A stretch of DNA of 64,000 nucleotides from Phoronis australis (lineage: Eukaryota; Animalia; Phoronida), in contig NMRA01000453.1 in NCBI GenBank assembly GCA_002633005.1, positions 302,872-366,871 on the forward strand, written 5' to 3'. Below the pieces are notes generated by a model, which did not search any database, was not told the origin of the DNA, and saw nothing but the letters and a program-made list of their open reading frames with translations. The translations under genes were made by a program, and so were the position numbers. Positions 52,289 through 64,000 of this stretch are shown here, in pieces (within the stretch, counting starts at the first letter, position 1; every line of letters starts with the position of its first letter).

Positions 52289-55200
52289 AGGAGAATGCCA
52301 TCCGATATAATTAGTCTTTTTTACCGTCTTAATTGGTCTTTATCCACATTGCCTCCTATACAGTCGACCTCACCTTGCCGAGAGGTGTCGCGTTAACCTG
52401 TGAGGAAGGTGAGAAACGACACAGCGACGTCAGTGGTTCGTCTGCAGAGTGAATGCCGCTATATTGCGGTGCATCGTTCCCGCTTGTCCGATTTATGAAG
52501 CTGTGAAAAAACGGGTATATCATTTTTTGGACTTCCTCGAGAGCCCAAAATGCTTAAGAAGTGGCTCGCGGTAGTGAAGAAATAAAGGTACACTGTTAAT
52601 AGCACTTATCTCCGTGTCTGTGGCCGGCATTTCGAGGAGAGTGACTTTTGTGACGAATTCCGTCTTACCNNNNNNNNNNNNNNNNNNNNNNNNNNNNNNN
52701 NNNNNNNNNNNNNNNNNNNNNNNNNNNNNNNNNNNNNNNNNNNNNNNNNNNNNNNNNNNNNNNNNNNNNNNNNNNNNNNNNNNNNNNNNNNNNNNNNNNN
52801 NNNNNNNNNNNNNNNNNNNNNNNNNNNNNNNNNNNNNNNNNNNNNNNNNNNNNNNNNNNNNNNNNNNNNNNNNNNNNNNNNNNNNNNNNNNNNNNNNNNN
52901 NNNNNNNNNNNNNNNNNNNNNNNNNNNNNNNNNNNNNNNNNNNNNNNNNNNNNNNNNNNNNNNNNNNNNNNNNNNNNNNNNNNNNNNNNNNNNNNNNNNN
53001 NNNNNNNNNNNNNNNNNNNNNNNNNNNNNNNNNNNNNNNNNNNNNNNNNNNNNNNNNNNNNNNNNNNNNNNNNNNNNNNNNNNNNNNNNNNNNNNNNNNN
53101 NNNNNNNNNNNNNNNNNNNNNNNNNNNNNNNNNNNNNNNNNNNNNNNNNNNNNNNNNNNNNNNNNNNNNNNNNNNNNNNNNNNNNNNNNNNNNNNNNNNN
53201 CTAGATCCCATTAACTGTATTCGTGAGAGGTGAATTGGCGATGGAATTTCCAAAACAATCTCAAAACTCTGAATTCAAGGACATGAAATAGTAAACATGG
53301 CGGATTTCAGTTGTGCTTCAACTTGTACGCCTGTCGTAGGTGAAACTTTGAGTTTGAGCAAGCAACCTATATTTCAAATTCAATAATTCTAATCCAAAAC
53401 TCAACTAATTGAGAATGTTAAAGTTAGTATTTTAATGATTAATTTGTAACTTTATTCCACTGACGGCTCATTTTAGCCCTTAACTTACAATTTCATTACA
53501 TAAACTGGCGTATCTTGTTTCTCATCTTGACATCACGCACTTTTTTGATTGAAGCACAACACACACTCGGCCAGGAAACGCAGTCCGTGCAAGTATTACA
53601 ATGCGCGTGACCGACGAGTTAACTCAATGGGTTTGGCCAAAAGTAAAATCTTCATAAGAAATCACAGTACACAAAAAACTTCGCATATCAATACAGTATC
53701 AGGATAATTCATATTTGACACAAATATGTGAGTAATTACATTTATTTGGCAATAAAGTGCTCTCTGCTTCTCATGATCAAGTAGTCGATGGATTGACGGC
53801 GAAAGCCGCGCGAAATTAAAACTTTCGGATTTAGCTCGGGAGCGTCCATCATGTGCGAAGACCGTCTGCCATGACATCACGGAATCACTTCCTTGAATTT
53901 GTGATTTTGGCATTCTTTTGTCATTTTCGTCGCCAAATCACCACTTGAAGGGAATTTGAAGAGATCGAATGAAAGAAAGTATTATAAGAGTTGTTCGGTG
54001 CTAGTTTCGTGGAGTTCCATGCACATTTGAGTAGAAAATTCTGAACAAACAGATTTTGAGTGTCCAACCTTTATGTTTTCTTATAAATATTATTGAGTGA
54101 CGTCATTTGCGATAAAGCCAAGCGCCTGTGGTCTTACCAAAGAACTATCCATACGTACCGTTGCCTGTGCATTTTCACGGCGCCTCTCTAGTATTTCTTG
54201 ATCAGTGTATTCCGGTTAGAACTGATAGTCTGTGGAACCTATCGATCCAACCCGTGAAGTCTTCGTCGGATGAGCTCTTGACTATTCGGAATTGGCGCCG
54301 GTTGAGTTGTCATGTAGAAGTTTATTATTCTGCGTTCTGTTCCAAAATGAATTATTCTCATCCTAACCAATGCTTATATGAAATTGAAACAAAGTCTGTC
54401 TCATTAGATACAACTTGTAATGCCTTTGCAGTATTCGTAAGTGCAAATGTTGAGAAGCCAGCAATGCATCAACCACTGCGTTACCGGCTTTAGAAACCGG
54501 CAACAAAGGTACACTGTAATTGACCGGGCACCGAGGCCGTGTGAGCGCATGCTAATTCGTTGTTTGCTTACAGAAAGCTATTGTGAAACAATTACTCGAT
54601 TTTATATGCTATGGTCACATGTTAGGGGAATCTTTATTTAGAATTACAAATATTTATTCAAATCATTGTTATACAACCTTTACCCTGACGGTCTGTGAAA
54701 AGGGAACCCGACTTCGCGGCACCCGACAAGTAAGTAGATTTTCAGTTTTGTGGCTAATTGACATAAATAATTACGTGCACATTATTTCTTTTGATCACTA
54801 TTATAGCCTTTTCGTGACCGGAGGTTTAGTTTCCAACTCAAGTTGATTTATGTTCGTGCCAGTCCCGGCGGCCGCGACGGGCCTGATCGGGTTCCGAGCC
54901 ACTGCCGGGATAACATGCGTTTTGTGTGTTTAGAACTAAAAAATCACAAACATAAACAACACAGATCTAGGTTCTCCTGTCTGTATGTCACGGAGGAATA
55001 CTTCGAATTTATCTCCGAACAGACCCCAAACTCCTGCTACGGACCTTGGTAAATTGGCCTGCCAAACTTTGTAGGCTACGGTATGACCAAACATCAATAA
55101 ATCCGTAACAGCGAAATACAAAAACACGTTTTTATAAGAACTCGGTGTATTTTTAAGGGTTTTACATCGAAGTTTGCTGATTTATTGGTGTTAAACGATG

Positions 55201-55404
55201 AACTCAAGCGATAACCTGACACCAGTAACCCGTGTTGTGAACTGCTGAACAAACTGCGTGTGAAACCAATGTCGTCATTGGATAATTTTAATACCTCCGT
55301 CTGCCGTCAGGTGTCAGGTAACGCAACCGGACGTGCCGTTATCGAGTAGAACTACTCGATCTAAATTGATACAAAAAGGTTGTTTTTTTGGGTGGCATTC
55401 TCCT
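52289..55404 (+). mobile_element. Second Kolobok-like THAP element, enlarged by nested insertions
   Basis: TTAA at 52285-52288 and 55405-55408, same TIRs, collinear with 16152-17595; the equivalent copy A site has a single TTAA at 15553-15556. Confidence 0.82.
52670..54130. mobile_element. Nested DNA element with 8-bp TSD GTCTTACC (hAT- or P-like), left end in N gap
   Basis: GTCTTACC at 52662-52669 and 54131-54138; copy A has one uninterrupted GGCTTACC; right end ...GCCAAGCGCCTGTG. Confidence 0.72.
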
Positions 55405-56015
55405 TTAACTCCGTTCGAATTTCTCGAGATCTCACGTAAATCTAGCAAATGCTTATTGCTGATCACCCAAACGCGAAACCAACTGAAAACAAATAATATT
55501 ACTGTACGGCCGTGCACGCTAGCTGGCTAATATGAACACCAGTCCTCTTCAAAAGGCCTTGCACCTGCCAATTGGTACAATATCGACATCTTCAAAAACG
55601 TACTCATCCTTAACGCCTTACGAATCAGTGTTAATTGTGGAAGAGGCCAACACCGGCTTGCTAAAACTTCAAAATATGTGGTACCTGACCTGGTAAACTA
55701 TTCAGAATCGCCCATTTGTTGACTCCCAGGCAACTTTGTCTACCGGAAAGATGCGCTGCAGAAGAAGATGGTGAGCTGTTCATAGTCCAGGATACCCATG
55801 ACCTCATCCTGTTCACATGAATTCTCAGTCATTCACCACAGACATCCTCTTTCGCTAGCATTGACCTGCATACACCAACAGCGTATGGTACGCTAAGCCG
55901 TGGTCAAAATTTACACAGAAACTAAGTGAGATTTTACATGTAGCTTTATAACAGTTACGGCTGCAGGGAAAGCACTACGTTCATGTATTTAATGTAAAAA
56001 ACTTTTTCACATTAC

Positions 56016-56281
56016 CAATCAAAGGAACTGCAGTTGAATTTGGAGGCATCGTCTTCGCCACTAGCAGCAGGAACACCGTCAATGAGAGCATGCACGTGAC
56101 TAGCAGTGATACTTTCTCTCCTGAGTCTGGTGGAAGGAGAAACCCCATGGCGGCAGTAGCGATGATCACAACACACGGTAGCAGTAAGTTGAATATATAG
56201 AACAGCGGACGTCTCCGCATGATAATCGAGAAGGTCAGTGTTGCGTATGGCTCAGGGCAACAACCATACAATTTCACTTCC
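56016..56281 (-). CDS. nAChR copy B loop C/M1/M2 exon
   Basis: 266 bp, AG/GT intact; [12 protein letters not shown]...[36 protein letters not shown]. Confidence 0.94.
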
Positions 56282-57032
56282 CTACAAAACAGAGCAAATG
56301 CATCATTATATCAATTTTTAAATCTTGGTGTCTATCATCTCTTGTTTTCCTATATGTACCTGTAGCTGACAAGTAAACATTATGCTTCGTTCGATTGTCT
56401 TAAAATTAGCACTCAACATGTGCCTTCTATCCCAAGTATGGTGACATTTTATTCGGACAAGGCTCAAATTAGTGCTGTGACGGTCATTTGGAAACATCTG
56501 TTTATAGTGTAGAATAATAATTCGACGTCCTTAGACGGATCTTTTCGAGTCACTTCGTATTTTTCGATGATTTTTTTCTTGTCGACTGGCCCCCGTAATT
56601 GTATAGATATATAATTCTTTATCAGTTTCGTCATGGATGTTTGATGATGATCGTTATGATGCCGTCAACAGTGTTGGTTGAGGCAACGTCTTCTTTGCCA
56701 ATATTGTGGTTGGTGTTGGCGAAATTATCGGCGTTGTGGTCAGTGCCATCGGTGATGTCGTGGTCTTTGAGGTCGCGTTATGCAACGCCATTGGTGCTAC
56801 TGCCGTTGACGTGTAAGATTTTGCTGCTTCTGTCATCAAACTTTCCTATTCGGTCGATTTCGTCATGTGTCGCTCTTTCAAAGCGCTTTGATTTGCGAAC
56901 CTGACAAGTACATGGCTAGTTTTAGGTCCAGACATCGTGCGTAGAATACCACGCTTCATTTGTTGGGATAGGAGTGCAGTCTAATTTAACTTATTTGTCG
57001 GTTGATTCGTGTACATTAACGTTGTCCCTTAC

Positions 57033-57305
57033 CTCTCTACAGGCACGCCATGAACGGACCATTCTCCGTTATTTTTGAAAGAGCTAATGTCCCCCGACGC
57101 CGACCGATTTTGGATGTCTAACTGGAGTCCATGCTGTGTCCATGAGCCCATTGTAAGGTTACAGGTTTGCTGGTCGTAGGGGAATTCGTCTATGTTCAGA
57201 TTACAAGCGCTAGTAAAGGGTACAGGCGCTAGCCACGCTATGGATCCGTCAGGATGCACCGATACGCTGTAGCCAAGCATTGGTGTCGTTCCAATTTGTC
57301 CAACG
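57033..57305 (-). CDS. nAChR copy B Cys-loop exon
   Basis: 273 bp, AG/GTAAG; CNLNIDEFPYDQQTC, GSWTQHG, NGEW; frame open. Confidence 0.94.
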
Positions 57306-58929
57306 CTGTCAAGTAAATGTGATAAAAGACATTGCAATATTTCGAAAACACTATCAGACAAATGGATAGTATGAAGCAACAAAATAGCAATATTTTTCGG
57401 TTGGGAATCGATTGGTTATTACGCAGATGTGTTGTACTACACATGCAGCTAGCTAAGTGTTTTTAACTCAACGTCGAAATACTTTTACAGCTTATTACCA
57501 AATTTTCGTCTATTTTCTAACGGTGCACCCAGAGGTTAAAAGTGCAAGTGGGACTCTTTCTTGGACAGACTCTACTGTAGTGTGCAAAACCTGTACCATA
57601 CGGCGTTGCTCCTAACTTGTTAAAGTCTATAGCCAACAGTAAGTTGGGAAGATGACCCCAATATCTTACACGACTGATTGACTGCATTCTGGTATTTATG
57701 GTGGGGGGGCTAGCTCTCTTTTGTTCGATAATTGCTCTAATCTCCAGCAAGATAACATCTAGCCTGACTGGACTGTTCTGTTAAAAATAAAAGTTAAGTT
57801 ATAACAAATTTGAACATAAACCAATATAGCATTCCTGAAATCCTCGTCAAATGGTGATAATGTTTAGTTTTTGAATCGCCAAAATCGCCCAACTACAACC
57901 GAAGTTACGACATTATATTCTTTCCGAACGTATACCGATTCGCTCTGGGTTTGACTGTGTTCACACGTGGTCTGCTACGAGCCTGGTAGATAATTGGATG
58001 CCTGTTGTCATACCAAACAAAGGAGTGTGATTGGCAGTTAACAAAGTAGCTAGATGCTATCACACGCTCACCACCCTCTACTTACAGACCGCAAATGTGC
58101 ACAGACTAAGACAATTTGTGATTGGCATGTTGTTGCAAGTTGTCACAACTACAGGGTTTCGGCAGTTTGTGCAGTTACGACACAGTAATGCCTAACAATG
58201 TGACATTCATCATCATGAGATTAAAAGGCCACCTTGTCTAGAGAACAAATCAGCTAGTCTTTCATGTTGCATCCTGCGACAAAACTTAAAACAGCTAATT
58301 GTTTAAAATGACTTATTCGTACTAAAACGACCTGATTTCGGGCTTCAAAAGAGGAAGCCTCTATACAAATATACGAGTGTGGCAAAAGAGCGCGGCCTTT
58401 ACGTGTTACTATAGGAAGCTCCGTCAGAGGGCAGCAGAAGAACGAGGCCTGCTGTATTAATATGGCGGTCACGATTTAAGGACTCCCAACAATAATAGAG
58501 ACGGACCCCGCAATCATGGTCTGCCTTTTTTCACTTTCGTTACCTTGAAGAGCTTCGGCCTTGTAGCATGACAGGAGCTACGAAACACATACATCAATAA
58601 AACTGAAGTAACAAGGTGTTCATATGAGGTACAGACCCCCAGTATTGATTTGAAGACAGTTAGTTTGATTTTGGCTAATGTCTGATGGGAGACTGTTCAA
58701 CATAGCAGAACATATTCTCTTGGCCTTTGGCACAGTGAGGTGTAGTTGGGACGTAAATTCATGACCAATGTTTTCGAAAAGATAGAACACTTTCCGCTAC
58801 CACACGATGGACAACAAACGTTGTTAAGAACCTCAAAAACAAGTTTGTGAATCATATAAACTTCAAGTGTTTAACGATAACTAAAAGTTGGACGCCTACT
58901 GTAGTTTTTCACATTTTAAAAGAACTTAC

Positions 58930-59039
58930 TCATTATAAAGAGTGATGTCAGGTATCCACACTTTCTTGGGCGATATAATTAAGGACGTAACTCCGTCAAA
59001 CCGGGCAGGGTCCCAATGTAAGTATTCGTCCGTCCAATA
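58930..59039 (-). CDS. nAChR copy B 110-bp loop A exon (most 5' exon found; exons 1-3 not seen in window)
   Basis: tttcAG/GTAAGT; YWTDEYLHWDPARFDGVTSLIISPKKVWIPDITLYN(D). Confidence 0.92.
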
Positions 59040-60419
59040 CTGAAACACTCAAGTTTTTATATTGGTCAAGTATCTAACGCTACGGTTTCAAGTGGCAAAT
59101 CTCCATTTTAAAAAGTATCCTGATTTGGCACAATCACCTAAATATGGCCATGTCGCCTGTAGTTTCATCATAGTGCCTCACTTGTGAGATGAAAACAATA
59201 TTCAATGAACTTGTTGAAAAATTAATATCGCCGACACGGGTGTGGTATATCTCAACTCGCGTATAGCTATACTGACACACATCTAATCAGAAGACTTTGC
59301 AAAATTTCTTCAAACATTCTCTAAACAATTGAAGGCGAACGGTGGTTACAAATCAATACACTGTTCAGAGTATGATTTCGTCGTAATTAGTATATTAAAA
59401 CACATGAGATAAAACAAGGTTCAGTATGCTTTTTATTTATAACTTTGTTTGAAGACATTCTAGTCATTTAAGATGGCACGGAACGCAAAGAAAACTAAAT
59501 CGAATTGTTCAAAGCCGTGCTCTGCCACTGAAAGAGAGCCCAAACTGCTCGCCGGGTATTTTTATACTGTTTACTCCTAAACATTTTGAATGTCTGTTGG
59601 TGTCAAAGGATTTTTCTTTTAGTTTCAAATTTCAAAAAAGACCTGTCAACTGCTGATCACCTCGTCGATTTTTCTCCCAACTGGCAAAGCACATATCCTA
59701 TCTATTTTGCACCACGTTGAACTGAACAAAAGAAATATGGGTGACCAATTAGGTGTCGCGTAGAGAAATGTATGAATAGAAAAGTAGACCCTTGAGGCTA
59801 TTAATAGATATGAGTCATGAAAAATAAGCCCTAAGGGTTGATATCAACACAAAGTGACAAATGTCAAAATAATGGCGATAAGTACAATTAACAAGTTGAA
59901 TTTTATTTGTTATTGCAAGGCATTGGCATATTACATTTCTCTTTTATGGTAAATGTGACCTTGTCTTTTGGTGTAAACGAAACATCGGCGATTTCAGGCA
60001 GCAGCCCAGTTTGGAGGTAATTGATGCAATTCCTAACTGTTTAAAAATAATTACAGGTTGCGTACCGATGTAGTATTCAAATACATTTTAAAGTGTACTT
60101 GGGAAACGTTTACTGGATAAATTCTTTGAATTATTAGATGTGGAGACTTTGAATACTGGGTTGGGGTGAAATAGTTCATAATTTATTTTGTCTGTGTGCA
60201 AATACTGGTGAATCTAACGGTGTTTCCTAGAAAGTCCTGTAACATTCAAAGAAAACATTTTTCACGTTAGTATGAATAATAGGTAAATTCGTCACGATCT
60301 CTTTAGAGGGTATTTTCATGAGTTCGCGTTCCAGGTCTATTTAAAATCCGAAAACTAACGTCATATCTTAGAGTAAAGAAACTAGTTACTTAAAGAAATC
60401 AGCTATAGAGCTACTCTTT

Positions 60420-60739
60420 CAGGGGTGGATCCATCTAAAATGCTTGGCTACTTCAGAAGTGTCGTCGGAAGCGCGCGCACAATTGATCTCCGGGGTTTTG
60501 CCGACGAGCCACGAAGACTCGAAACGCATTGATTTTCATAACAGCAATTTACAATGCAAAAAAAATATTTTTAAAGTGAACCCCCCTCTCGTTTGTTTCC
60601 AAGTTGGTTTACTTGGGGTTTACACACGCTGGCGGTGCCGTTTTTGTTTTGCTGGAGACGTTTTTGTTTTTTTCTAATTTTTGGGTCCTGGCCCAAGGGG
60701 GGGTTTAAACCCCCTGAACCCCCCGTAGATCCGCCACTG
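60420..60739. mobile_element. MITE, CAGGGGTGGATC...GATCCGCCACTG, no TSD
   Basis: Clear TIRs; flanks TCTTT / ATGAG differ; abuts the start of duplicated segment copy 2. Confidence 0.7.
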
Positions 60740-63516
60740 ATGAGTGTGTTTTTGAGAGCAATGTAATTAGAAACGGCTTCCGCTTTTTCTCTAAAATACA
60801 AGTTTTTTATGTCGCCTTTCAAGCTAATTACACGTTTCAAGAGGACCCCTATAGCGGTTGAGGCAACTGAGAACAGGCAAATACGACAAAGTGCAGTTCT
60901 TGTAATGCTGCGCTAGCAAAAACAACGGGAAAGGCAAGACTTTAGTTTTAGATTTCGAAGAGGTTACGAATGACTAAATAAATTATTATAAGGCCAAATT
61001 TTGAAAAAGTGCAGTATGGCTGCTACAAAGTGCCAGATTTGGCCGAAATGGCTTCATTGAAAACCACACGAAATAAAACGAAACAAGACATAGAAATTTG
61101 AAGATGAATTTTGAAAGATATGCCATGTAATTATTCAAAAATAGCCCTTTAAATCGTATCATTTATTTACTCTTAGCTTACTACACATGCTAGTAAAATG
61201 GATTCAAACATATCTAGTTTGGCCCCAATTTTGTTGCAAAGTGGAGTTACATGTCTTAAAGAGAAATAATGTATAGACATTCTTAAAAGTCGAAATTTTT
61301 CTACCAAACCAAGCTCACGTCTAAATAAATCTGTGATTTTGGGTAAAGACTCTACCTGTTGGATTTTATACGGTGTCACTCAACCTGTTGATATCTCGTA
61401 TGAGGGACACTTGGTTGGCTTGGGAGGAACTGACATTTCGTCATCTCTTCAAACAAAGGTTACAAAATGTTATTCGTCTGAGGAAATAACGGACTGTCGA
61501 TTATTCCTGAGTCAGAGAAATCGTTTCTAATATGAGAAAGTTACAAGATGAGACGATAAATGGCTTACATCAGCATGTGCTTGACAGAAGGCACATGTTT
61601 AATGTCTTGTTAAATTTGTGAAGGTGAAGAATACGAAAGTTAACTTATGGAATAGGGAATCAGCACAAGGTAACGCAAAGGCTCGAGTCTTTTGGTTATC
61701 TCTGAAGTTTGCAGGTTGTCAACTGACGATCAGTTTCACTCAACGTGTTTGTAGCGTGGGTGTGCAGCACTGAAAAAAGTGGGAGGGCTAAAGCCCTCTA
61801 AACCCCCCTGTGGTGCACGCATATAGACCATGTTCGACGTAGCACTGAAAAAGTGGGGACTATACAGTGGCGGATCTAGGATATCACAAGGGGGGGCCCA
61901 ACATTTTGTCCGGCTGTAAGCATTTGTGCAAAGTGAACCACAATTGTAGATGAGCATAGCACCGAATGGGGAGAGGTCGGGAGGGGGGTTTGCCCCCCTT
62001 CCGCCCAGGAAATTTTTCTGTTTTTACCTCTAAAAATAAAGCATTTTCCTTGATTCCTGAGGTATTATCCAAGAAAAGAAGGCAAAAAAAAAACAAAAAA
62101 AAAACAGAGAACGTGTCAAACAGGAAAAATTGCAAGTTCCAAAGATTCGAACTCAACGACCTAGCGGTTTGAGCGCGCGTGCATTACCATACCACCACAA
62201 ATTAACTACTAATCGTATACTAAGAGACCTACTTGTTCATGGTCCACAGCGTTTGCGCGCGAAACCTACTTCTTTTTGTAATGCTTATTACACGTTTTAT
62301 ATTTTTTGCCATCAATTCTTAACAAATTTGTCGTATTTAAAATAGTCTTCAAATGCCCAAAAGACCAAATCCGTTTTTCGTGCTGGCAATAATGACGGGA
62401 TTGCTTTGGAAATCGTCCTAAGATAAGGTTTGACAAAGAGAGTATTGCGAGTTTCTGAGTGATTCACTAAGGTTTCGATTAAAATTCACATCTTACCAGC
62501 AGCTTCTGTTTTTTCATCGTCACTCAGGCTCCATTTTCTTTAAAAATGAAGTAAATTTTCTTCATTGCACAGTGGAGCAGACGACGGAAAAGGAGTCGTA
62601 GTGCGCAGTGCCACTGCTGGTCGCCTGGGATATCGTGGGAGAGCCCATACTTAGCCATAGTTCCGTTACGAATGCGCCGTGTTCAGAATGTGACACTTGA
62701 AATTGGATTTGAGCCCCCCAACACTAAAACTGCACACATTCAAATCTTTTTTCATCCGTATAATTTTAATTACCGGGGTTAAATAATAAACTCAACATTT
62801 CCCTACGCTCTTACTGTTTTATTTTTTTTTGCGGCAGCCAAGGGTGGAGGGGGCCCTTGCTCCCTATGCTATAGTCCCCCCAGCCCCCTATGGTGCGCCG
62901 CCGATGTGTGGTGATATTTCAAATGACAGATGTCTTAACAAAGAGACTATGTACACGACCCAGAATAATCAACTGTAAGTTAAACTGAGCGCAGATTTGG
63001 CAGGTCAAATATGAATACCTACTGCGATTTTAAAGTAAGATTAATAATAAAAGGAGGACACGGAAACTACGAATGGAATCTCAATTCTCGTATTGAATAT
63101 TGCAATTGGTTATCGCCCTATTCAAACGATCAATCGGTAAATTTGAAAATTTCAAACATGCTAAAGCTCTTGGTAAATGTTAATTGGTTTCCAGCAATAT
63201 GTTTTTAATCTGAAACGAACTATGTTATTCTTACCTTGAAGGATTGAACGTTATTTCGAAGTTTTGTTTTTCACAGCTTCATTGCCTGAAGTTTCCGTAA
63301 TACGAAGCTAGCCAGTAAAGCAAGGACGCACGCATTGTCAAGAGCACGAGCTTGTCTATATTTTTTATGTTGGCCTGCCGTGTTCGTTTTTTTAGTGATG
63401 ACGTATCTGTCACAAGTATGACACGATTTGGACACTCTACTAATACGAATAGAACTCCACAGTGACTGTGACTGAGTCACATCATAGGGTCTTGATTTTT
63501 TCCTAACCAGGTTAAC
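60740..63516 (+). repeat. Duplicated segment copy 2, inside nAChR copy B intron 3
   Basis: Matches 37085-38642 plus an extra ~210 bp near 60820-61030 and the 1-kb element at 61865-62868. Confidence 0.9.
61865..62868. mobile_element. 1-kb non-autonomous element with perfect 5-bp TSD CTATA, nested in another MITE
   Basis: CTATA at 61860-61864 and 62869-62873; empty site GGGGG-CTATA-GTCCCC at about 37993-38010. Confidence 0.85.
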
Positions 63517-64000
63517 TTATCTAGCTCATTCCGATATTTCTTATTGTAAACAATTTCCAACAACATAGCAAATTAAAAACTACGCCATTTTCTAAGCTGT
63601 AGCTGAAAACTTAATTTTTCTATATTATGCAGCCATGAGTATGGTCGGTTTTCAGACAAAATGACCCAGAACTCCCTATCACGAAAACGTTGTATTCATC
63701 GTCAAAGTAGCCTTCTGTCATGATCAAGAATGAAGTGATGTATTTAGAATTTTGCTGCCACCTTAGTCATATCCAGTCATTTTTGCTGTAAACAGAATTA
63801 GCCATCAAGACAGCCAACAGATTAGTTTTGCCATTTACTATATCATCGTTTTCACAAAGAGAATGATGAAAACTAAGAAAACTACAAAATATATCGAAGC
63901 AGCAATCGTCCCAATTTTTACCAAACAGAAATGCTTCAAACTTAAATTTAATTGAATGGACAATGTGACCATGAAGAGGACATTATGGTTATATGTTATG

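Overview
Animal (non-vertebrate, AT-rich, draft assembly with N gaps) genomic DNA; most ORF-track entries are spurious and the real genes must be assembled from GT-AG exons. The window contains what looks like a tandem duplication of a roughly 34-39 kb two-gene unit. Unit A is a + strand CAP/SCP (CRISP/PR-1) gene whose product continues into EGF-like, ShKT, Thr-rich and predicted GPI-signal segments (5 exons seen, 729-10528, 5' end outside the window), tail-to-tail with a complete 8-exon minus-strand alpha-type nicotinic acetylcholine receptor gene (11704-33217, 474 aa by my assembly). Unit B is a disabled CAP exon (34931-35155) and a second, diverged nAChR gene (5 exons seen, 48284-59039; exons 1-3 not found) that carries an E20'K charge reversal in M2. 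Introns and the spacer are full of transposon material: two THAP-bearing TTAA (Kolobok-like) elements with reciprocal empty sites in the two paralogs, a decayed ISL2EU element (DDE transposase plus YqaJ nuclease), a Penelope GIY-YIG fragment with a hammerhead-ribozyme motif, many MITEs with 5-bp TSDs, a foldback element with tRNA-like arms, satellites and microsatellites. All calls come from reading the sequence by eye; no searches were run.
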